Shown here: one piece after another, positions 55,401-60,189 of the stretch
How positions within the stretch are numbered: the first letter of the stretch is position 1
How the letters are laid out: every line of letters begins with the position of its first letter
Assembly: GCA_051959955.1 (NCBI GenBank)
Contig: JBQCEU010000181.1
Location: forward strand, 1 to 60,189
Length of the DNA stretch: 60,189 nt
Reading direction: 5' to 3'
Origin: Terriglobales bacterium
GTDB lineage: Bacteria > Acidobacteriota > Terriglobia > Terriglobales > SCQP01
Program-made: the position numbers and the translations under genes
The notes under the pieces: model-generated
Databases searched by the model: none
Told to the model about the DNA's origin: nothing
Seen by the model: the letters and a program-made list of their open reading frames with translations, nothing else

Positions 55401-56305
55401 TGACCCTCAGCGGCGGCCTCAACCTCGGCGCCGCGCCCCGCTTCAACCTTGCCCTCGCCGCCCGCTCCATCCGCTTCCGCCTGCCCCCGTCACTGCGCGA
55501 TACCGTCAACGCCGATCTGGTCTTCAGCGGCACGCCGCAGCAGGCGCTGCTCAGCGGACGCGCCCAGGTGCTGCAGGTCATGCCGGTTCCCGGCTTTGAC
55601 TTTGCCGCCCTGGCCACCGACCTCTCCACCCAGGCGGTCACCCTCGCTTCGCCCGACAGCTTCCTGCGCAATCTCCGTCTCGAGGTGGCCGTCACCACCC
55701 CCAACCAGATCGCCATCACCTCGCGCGACTTCAGCCTGCGCGCCAATGCCAGCCTCAACCTGCGCGGCACCGGCGATGCCCCCGTCCTTCTGGGCCGGGT
55801 GGACGTGACCAGCGGCGATCTGATCTTCCGCGGCAACCGCTACGTGCTGCAGGCCGGTACGCTCGATTTCGTCAACCCCACCCGCACCATCGCCAACGTC
55901 AACATCGCCGCCGACACCAACATCAACCAGTACGCCGTCCACCTGCGCCTGCAGGGTCCGGCCGACAACTTGCGCACCACCTACAACTCCGAACCCGCCC
56001 TGCCGCCCGCCGACATCATCAACCTGCTGGCCTTCGGCCAGACCACCGAATCCGGCAGCGCCAACCCCCTGCCCGGCAACCTCGGCGCCGAAACCCTGGT
56101 CGCCGGCGCCGTCACCAGCCAGATCACCGACCGGGTGGAGAAGATCGCCGGCATCTCCCACCTCTCCGTGGACCCGGTGCTCGGCGGCAACCAGCAGGGC
56201 AACGGCGCCCGCATCACCCTGCAGCAGCGCGTCACCGGCAACCTCTACGTCACCATCTCCACCGATGTCACCAGCACCCAGCGCGACGTGATCGAAATCC
56301 AGTAA
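52433..56305 (+). CDS. tamB: Translocation and assembly module protein TamB (AsmA-like), as terminated by an in-frame TAA
   Basis: Has an N-terminal signal anchor (WTAVAIAAVVVVVVAAAYLIF), a long beta-rich repetitive body and a DUF490-like C-terminal region. The ATG overlaps the bamA stop (TGATG). Confidence 0.9.
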   Translation: MAGGLNWRAGLKWTAVAIAAVVVVVVAAAYLIFSSSRFQRWAGRKAEAAASQALGTPVHITNLRLQGFGLSPSADVSSFSIAGRGPAAAPPLLTVDHAHVAVRITSLWRRTWQLETVELDHPVVHLRVAADGSTNLPQPPRGGGQGPDIFQLGIRHLALRQGEVFINDRQALLAADLRSLALNATFDPATERYTGGLAYQQGSITWDKHASLSHSLSLAFDAGRDGLKIPRLSLTSDALTVTASAVMPRYVPPQAEVQYRMQLALAGLRPLVGERNLPRGAVDVEGTAAWRNDHFTAQGHFTSSELVTTAAALSLPVRNLSGQYQFTGRDLTVSGIGAAVLGGSLRAEAVVHDVGGRNQGSFHARLSGARLERVARLAPAGGRTLGELGIAGIAAGEATGAWQGRFDTLVLRTQASLQAGVQGQPLTASLNAVYDAQRQLLTLADTKLETAGLNLTANGTLTAGGAGAIALQTTSPNLGQAEALAARLAVALGRPLPPLGLSGQATFHGSIAGPLAAPHIAGHLQAAPLTVRGVSWRSLAADVSAAPDRIRLQNVRVLAGTEGRITLDATLGLAAWRPSAASAVSGSLTASHFALDQVAPLVPGRMPLTGILNAHAALQGTLAAPQGEAVVAVSQAHLHIGGKDELGGGLQSFTVTAHGAGAVITFDASAQLLSGPLTAQGSFNYQTRSFQGGLQADKMALDRLPAITRRRLPIAGEVSLRGAGQGTLAAPTFQLTATAPQLVIAGQTITGLQLDARLQDSRVHATFAATALKTALTAQADLGWGGAWPLQARLDAPAIPIAPLLVAFAPQQAEGVHGQTELHATLSGPLTHPEALQAQVTFPTLSLAYGSTLRLQAAQPIEARLEQGVVTLQPAHLTGTDTDLHLSGSLPLRGNVAAAALHVAINGTVDARLLEAFVPNLTSSGRLQLNVNAGGTLAQPHLAGAIQISDLAINNPDWPVALQAGHGALRLADDRMDVTAFEASVGGGTLTLSGGLNLGAAPRFNLALAARSIRFRLPPSLRDTVNADLVFSGTPQQALLSGRAQVLQVMPVPGFDFAALATDLSTQAVTLASPDSFLRNLRLEVAVTTPNQIAITSRDFSLRANASLNLRGTGDAPVLLGRVDVTSGDLIFRGNRYVLQAGTLDFVNPTRTIANVNIAADTNINQYAVHLRLQGPADNLRTTYNSEPALPPADIINLLAFGQTTESGSANPLPGNLGAETLVAGAVTSQITDRVEKIAGISHLSVDPVLGGNQQGNGARITLQQRVTGNLYVTISTDVTSTQRDVIEIQ

Positions 56306-56395
56306 CACTTTACCCCCCGCGTCTCCATCACCGGCGTCCGCAAACAAAACGGCGGCTTCGGCGCCAACCTGCAGTTCAAAAAAACCTGGCACTGA
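56306..56395 (+). other. In-frame post-stop continuation encoding the expected TamB C-terminal strands
   Basis: Immediately after TAA (56303-56305) the same frame reads HFTPRVSITGVRKQNGGFGANLQFKKTWH, then TGA. This resembles the conserved extreme C-terminus of TamB/DUF490 proteins. Confidence 0.7.
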
Positions 56396-56613
56396 CCGAT
56401 ATAAGCCAGCCAACCCAACTATGTGGCCCCCGCCGTCGGCGGGGAGGAGGTCAGACGGGCGGAAGGCGGTAGCATCTCGGTTTGCGCCGCGCGAGGGCGG
56501 CCGCCGGCCACCGCCTGGCGAGGCGCTCCGCTTCGGCCGCTACGCGGCATCCGCTCCTGCCCTCGCCGCCGTCACAGCGGGAAAGCCGGACAGCTCGAGT
56601 TGATCGCAAAAAT

Positions 56614-56656
56614 GGGACATTTCTATCGAGCTAAAAAAGGGGACATTTTAATCGAG
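56614..56656 (+). promoter_or_regulatory. Pair of 18-nt direct repeats (GGGACATTTCTATCGAGC / GGGACATTTTAATCGAGC) abutting a TTGACA box
   Basis: The repeats lie at 56614-56631 and 56639-56656, 16 of 18 identical with starts 25 nt apart. TTGACA lies at 56659-56664. They sit upstream of the CxxC-protein operon. Confidence 0.5.
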
Positions 56657-56680
56657 CGTTGACAACTAACGACATGCCTC

Positions 56681-56709
56681 TTGACGCTCAAATCGCGGTG
56701 TGATAGCAA
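56681..56709 (+). promoter_or_regulatory. Weak candidate promoter (TTGACG-17 nt-TAGCAA) for the 56730 operon
   Basis: The -35-like TTGACG lies at 56681-56686 and the -10-like TAGCAA at 56704-56709, 20 nt before the ATG. The -10 match is poor. Confidence 0.25.
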
Positions 56710-56729
56710 TGTGACAGGACGAGATCAAC

Positions 56730-57332
56730 ATGAGCAGGCTTCCAGCCATGTCGCTAAGCGTTCAGTGGCTCGTTTGCGCCATCGCGATCGGACTGTTCTG
56801 TCTGGATGCCGCCCTTGTCCTGCAAAACCGCACATTGAAACGTGAACTTCGATCCGGGGGAACCTCCCTCGCGCCGCCACTCGGCGCCACGGTGCCCGGC
56901 ATCTCGGGAGTTGATTTGGCAGGGCACCCGGTAACCCTGACCCCGAGTTCCGGGAAATCGCTGCTGTTGTTTGTATTTTCCCCGGACTGCGCCGTTTGCG
57001 ACCAAACGTGGCCCAAGTGGGAAGTCTTGCTGCCGAAGATAGACACGCGCCGCTTCAGCGCTGTGTTCGCAAGTTCCGGCCCCGGCCTGACGAGGGCGTT
57101 CGCATCCGAGCACGGAATCTCGGGGTACCCCGTCCTGCGCGCGGTTGATCCAGCGACGGTCATCGCCCTCAACCTGCGCCTTGCCCCGGAAGTTCTGGAG
57201 TTCACCCCACAAGGAAAACTGCACGCTGCCTGGGTGGGTGGCTTGGATCGTGACTCGTTCGACCATATGGCTGGTGAACTCGGCGCCGGCGTATATTGGC
57301 AATCACCGGGACTTCAGGGGGACTCAGGATGA
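56730..57332 (+). CDS. Membrane-anchored thioredoxin-fold thiol:disulfide oxidoreductase (TlpA/ResA-like, CAVC active site)
   Basis: Has an N-terminal TM segment (WLVCAIAIGLFCLDAALVL), then SLLLFVFSPDCAVCDQTWPKW, the position and context of a redoxin CxxC. Length is 200 aa. Confidence 0.75.
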   Translation: MSRLPAMSLSVQWLVCAIAIGLFCLDAALVLQNRTLKRELRSGGTSLAPPLGATVPGISGVDLAGHPVTLTPSSGKSLLLFVFSPDCAVCDQTWPKWEVLLPKIDTRRFSAVFASSGPGLTRAFASEHGISGYPVLRAVDPATVIALNLRLAPEVLEFTPQGKLHAAWVGGLDRDSFDHMAGELGAGVYWQSPGLQGDSG

Positions 57333-57571
57333 AACAGTCTGCATCGACCTCTCGTTCTGCCGCACTTGTGGCAGCATTATTTGGCCTGCTGTTCGCACTT
57401 TGTGTCGGCGCGTCAGCCTTCCAATTGAAAGCCAGCTCAGACTATTCGCTGCGAGCCTGCGGTACGATCCAATGCTCTTCCGATGCGGAGTGCGAAGGGA
57501 CGTTTTGCCCCTTCTGTGACACGGCGGTGTCCGGCACGTGCCGCGATCATCTCACCGATACCTCGCGTTGA
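57329..57571 (+). CDS. Secreted cysteine-rich mini-protein (30-aa signal peptide plus ~50-aa mature part with 6 Cys)
   Basis: The ATG overlaps the upstream stop (ATGA). The signal peptide is MKQSASTSRSAALVAALFGLLFALCVGASA. The mature pattern is C-x4-C-x5-C-x4-C-x2-C-x7-C. Its stop overlaps a TTG start of the next gene. Confidence 0.6.
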   Translation: MKQSASTSRSAALVAALFGLLFALCVGASAFQLKASSDYSLRACGTIQCSSDAECEGTFCPFCDTAVSGTCRDHLTDTSR

Positions 57572-59304
57572 GAACTGTGCACCCCAGCACCGTCGTTTTG
57601 GCAGGATTGCTGTGCGCGCTTTCCGCCTCGCCTCAACAAGCCGAGGTGCAGGCACACGCCTATGCCTACACGCTTCCGCCCGTGATTATTACGGCCAACA
57701 CCCAACGAGTTGTCGTGGACGTAGTGGCGCGGCGCCCCGACGGTACGCCGGACGACGGTTTGACGCGATCGAACTTCATGATCACCGACAACGGTCGGTC
57801 CCGCGCCCTTACGAGTTTTTCCGTCCTCCGGGCCGCATCGCTTCGCTCCGCCCCCCCGCCGACCACCACCAGTCAGTCGCCGGCAACCGACAGGTCGGCG
57901 TCGGCCTCGCGATCCGTGGCCCTTTTCTTCGATGATGTCAACAGCGAGGGCACCGACCTGCAAAATGCCCGCAATGCGGCCACCCGCTTCGTCCACGAGG
58001 GACTGGGGCATACCGATCGCGTCGGCATTTTCACCAACTCCGGCTGGAGCGAAGTCAATTTCACCACCGACAGCCACCGTCTGCTGACCGCCATTGCGGC
58101 GCTTTCGGCTCACCCCCGTGCCACCCGCAGATCCAGTGACTGCCCGCACCTCACCGATTTCCAGGCCTTCCAGATCGCCAACCACCGCGGCGCCATGGCC
58201 CTGAACGCCGCCGTAATTGAGAAAAAGCGTTGCGACGAGCAGTTGGGCATTGTCGTTGACGATGGCAGCCAGATCTACAATGCCGGCCACACCATGGCCG
58301 GCTACGATAATCCATCGGAAGAGGTGTTGGTAACCGCCAATGCCCTGTGGGGTCAGGCCCGGGCCGCAGCCTACTCCACTTTAACCTCGCTGCGTAATGT
58401 GATCGGCTTGCTGGCTCAGCAACCCGGCAGCCGCATGTTGCTGCTCACTTCGGGCGGTTTCCTCAGTGGGACGCTGGAGACCCTTGAGGACCACATCGTC
58501 CAGGAAGCCTTGCGGGACCAGGTGGTGATCAACTCGCTGGAAGCGCGCGGGCTGTACACCCAGGGTCCGGGACGCCCGATTGACTATGTACCCGATCTGA
58601 TGAAACTTCCCATCCCCACCTATGCCTACGAGGAGAGCTCGAAACTCTCCGAAGATGCGGCCAGGGACGAGGCCATGGCCGATCTGGCCGAGAGCACCGG
58701 CGGACTGTTTTTTCATGACAACAACGATCTGACCCTCGGCTTCGACCGCCTCGGCCTTATCCCCTCCGTCACCTATGAGTTGAGTTTCGCACCGTCTGAC
58801 ATTGCCCACGACGGCCGGTTTCACAAACTGAAGGTCGAGATCACTCCCCAGTCCCATGACGTCGTCCAGGCTCGCCCCGGCTACTTCGCTCCCATAACTG
58901 TCTCCGGCCCCGGCCTGCAGGCGCAATTGGATACCGCGATGCGTGCTGGCGGTTCCGAGGCGGGTCTTGCGGTTACTGTCGCTCTCCGCCCCGTCGCCGG
59001 TAAGGTTACCGTGGAGATGCGCCTCGATGCCGCCCACTTGCCCTTTCAGGACCAGAAAGGCCGCCACCGCCTGAACCTGCATTTCATCGCCGGCCTCTTC
59101 GACGTCCAGGGCAAATTCGTCACCGGCAAGGAAGCCGAAATGGATCTGGCACTCAAGGACGCTACCTGGCGCCGCCTGGTGTCGCACGGCCTGAACACCA
59201 ACCTCACCCTCGACGCTCCCTCCGCCGCCTACACCCTCCGCGTCGTGGTCGCCACCAGCCCCACTGCTTTGTTCGCGACTTCACTCCCGCTCACCATTCA
59301 CTGA
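57568..59304 (+). CDS. VWA-domain protein of the Acidobacteria-expanded VWFA-related family
   Basis: Has an N-terminal signal-like VVLAGLLCALSASPQQA and a VWA-like core (VALFFDDVNSEG ... RMLLLTSGGF ... VVINSLEARG). The C-terminal beta-rich region is like TIGR03436-type proteins (from memory). The start could be TTG 57568, GTG 57577 or GTG 57538. Confidence 0.8.
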   Translation: MRTVHPSTVVLAGLLCALSASPQQAEVQAHAYAYTLPPVIITANTQRVVVDVVARRPDGTPDDGLTRSNFMITDNGRSRALTSFSVLRAASLRSAPPPTTTSQSPATDRSASASRSVALFFDDVNSEGTDLQNARNAATRFVHEGLGHTDRVGIFTNSGWSEVNFTTDSHRLLTAIAALSAHPRATRRSSDCPHLTDFQAFQIANHRGAMALNAAVIEKKRCDEQLGIVVDDGSQIYNAGHTMAGYDNPSEEVLVTANALWGQARAAAYSTLTSLRNVIGLLAQQPGSRMLLLTSGGFLSGTLETLEDHIVQEALRDQVVINSLEARGLYTQGPGRPIDYVPDLMKLPIPTYAYEESSKLSEDAARDEAMADLAESTGGLFFHDNNDLTLGFDRLGLIPSVTYELSFAPSDIAHDGRFHKLKVEITPQSHDVVQARPGYFAPITVSGPGLQAQLDTAMRAGGSEAGLAVTVALRPVAGKVTVEMRLDAAHLPFQDQKGRHRLNLHFIAGLFDVQGKFVTGKEAEMDLALKDATWRRLVSHGLNTNLTLDAPSAAYTLRVVVATSPTALFATSLPLTIH

Positions 59305-59414
59305 CGCCCAGGTCAGACGCGGGGGCCGCGCCGCTGGCACCGTGGGCCAAGTCGGCGCGGAACTGTTTATTAAAAATTCGCACCGTGTCGGGCCGGCCCC
59401 AGCAAGCAACCCGC

Positions 59415-59537
59415 CGCGGACCTCCGCACAAAGCTCTGCCTCATCTTCCCGTCGCGCCGGGTTTGGGCCCAGCCCGGCATCGTCGAAGGCCGGGAGAAAG
59501 TGGGGTGGCGGCGCAGCCGCCGAGGCCCCCGCGCCAA
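59415..59537. repeat. GC-rich dispersed intergenic repeat, copy B
   Basis: Same-strand homologue of 19661-19792 (cgcgga..aagctcYgcctcatc..gcgccggg..ggagaaagYggggtggcggcgcagccgcc..cccccgcgccaa). It lies between convergent gene ends. Confidence 0.65.
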
Positions 59538-59559
59538 GAAATGGCCGCTGACCACTGCC

Positions 59560-60051
59560 TTATTCCGCCCGCAGCACCCGCACCGGGTCGGTCCGCAGCG
59601 CCTGCCATGCCGGCCGCAGGCAGGCTGCCGCCGCCACCAGCAGCAGCAGCCCCGCCCCGCCCGCCAGCGACAACGGGTCCATGGTGCCCACCCCGAACAG
59701 CAGATGGCCCCACACCCCGCCCAGCAGATACGCGCCCACCAGCCCGATGACCGCGCCCGCGCCCACCAGCTGCAGCGTTCCGCCCAGCACCCGTCCGGCC
59801 AGCCCGCGCGGCGTGGCGCCCAGCGCCATGCGCACCCCCAGCTCCCGCATCTGCGTCGCCACCCGCTGCGCCGTGATGGCGTAAATGCCCAGCGCCGCCA
59901 GCAGCAGCGCCAGCAGACCGAAGCCCGCCATCAGGCCAGTGAGAAAATCGCGCCGTTCCAGCCCGCGGCTCACCGCCGCGGTCATCAGCTCCGGCGGTTG
60001 CAGCGTGGGCACCGCCGCTGCCAGGGCCATGGTTTCGTTCACGATCGCCAC
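59560..60051 (-). pseudogene. FtsX-domain permease remnant (ADOP/MacB-like C-terminal domain only)
   Basis: The C-terminal FtsX domain is intact (GIYAITAQRVATQMRELGVRMALGATP ... LRTDPVRVLRAE). The IVNET-type periplasmic-domain start is joined almost directly to the last TM bundle. The same frame has a TAG at 60124-60126, so no full-length (~800 aa) permease can be encoded. It is near the window edge. Confidence 0.5.
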
Positions 60052-60189
60052 CAGCGGCGCCCGGGCGTGATCGCCACCGTGGGGCCAATTGCTGGCCGAC
60101 CTGCAATACCGCCCCTTCCGCCCCTATGGGTGTACCGCGCTCCCCGGCACCCCGTCGCGCGCCCGGCGCGCGCCCCCCAAGCGCGCGGC

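Noticed and set aside
56423-56662. A 79-aa ORF spanning the tamB-downstream intergenic region, ending ...MGHFYRAKKGDILIER.
   Set aside because: The G/A/R-rich translation comes from GC-rich repeat-like DNA. Its C-terminus is simply the read-out of the two GGGACATTT direct repeats. It has no RBS and no codon bias.
59441-60106. A 221-aa minus-strand ORF overlapping the FtsX remnant in another frame.
   Set aside because: It has a G/A/R-rich, low-complexity translation. The alternative frame encodes a textbook FtsX domain.

Overview
This is a high-GC, densely coding bacterial chromosomal segment with about 60 genes. It is very probably Acidobacteriota, based on a VWFA-related acidobacterial-type protein, an ADOP/FtsX-type permease remnant and many exported peptidases and amidohydrolases. 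I found no rRNA, tRNA, CRISPR array or transposase.

**Layout**
- **0-8.7 kb, housekeeping:** dapB-dapA-dapD, a vapBC toxin-antitoxin pair, rpsT, phoH-ybeY, rho and an acyl-CoA carboxyltransferase.
- **8.8-16.3 kb, exported or envelope proteins:** an S8 subtilase carrying six perfectly conserved copies of a 9-residue module, an S9 peptidase, an FkbM methyltransferase coupled to a LolA-like protein, an amidohydrolase and a secreted hypothetical.
- **16.3-35.5 kb:** ruvB, folK, an S41 protease, tatA/tatC, a DedA/YqaA-like protein, nadB, aroB, a 535-aa protein with a nuclease-like C-terminus, an ECF sigma factor with a soluble ZAS anti-sigma and a mini zinc-ribbon ORF, recG, an orphan TPR-secretin, a second amidohydrolase, a large Zn-metalloprotease and DoxX.
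- **35.5-49.3 kb:** one minus-strand, translationally coupled 17-gene group 1h/5 (Hhy-type) [NiFe]-hydrogenase locus. Gene order is hypF-hypC-hypD-SIS-hypE-hhyS-hhyL, five uncharacterised ORFs, the endopeptidase, a 34-aa transmembrane microprotein, a hypA lacking its zinc module, hypB and hoxN.
- **49.3-56.4 kb:** an Omp85 (BamA/TamA-like) gene coupled to tamB. tamB has an in-frame TAA 29 codons before a recognisable conserved C-terminus.
- **56.6-59.3 kb:** a visibly less GC-rich three-gene module bounded by intergenic repeats and a decayed permease gene. It encodes a membrane-anchored thioredoxin-fold CxxC protein, a 6-Cys secreted mini-protein and a VWA protein.

**Best candidates for something undescribed**
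1. The CxxC / Cys-rich peptide / VWA trio.
2. The repeat-bearing subtilase.
3. The uncharacterised genes embedded in the hydrogenase locus.

Many long ORFs in the supplied track are GC-driven antisense shadows and were rejected.
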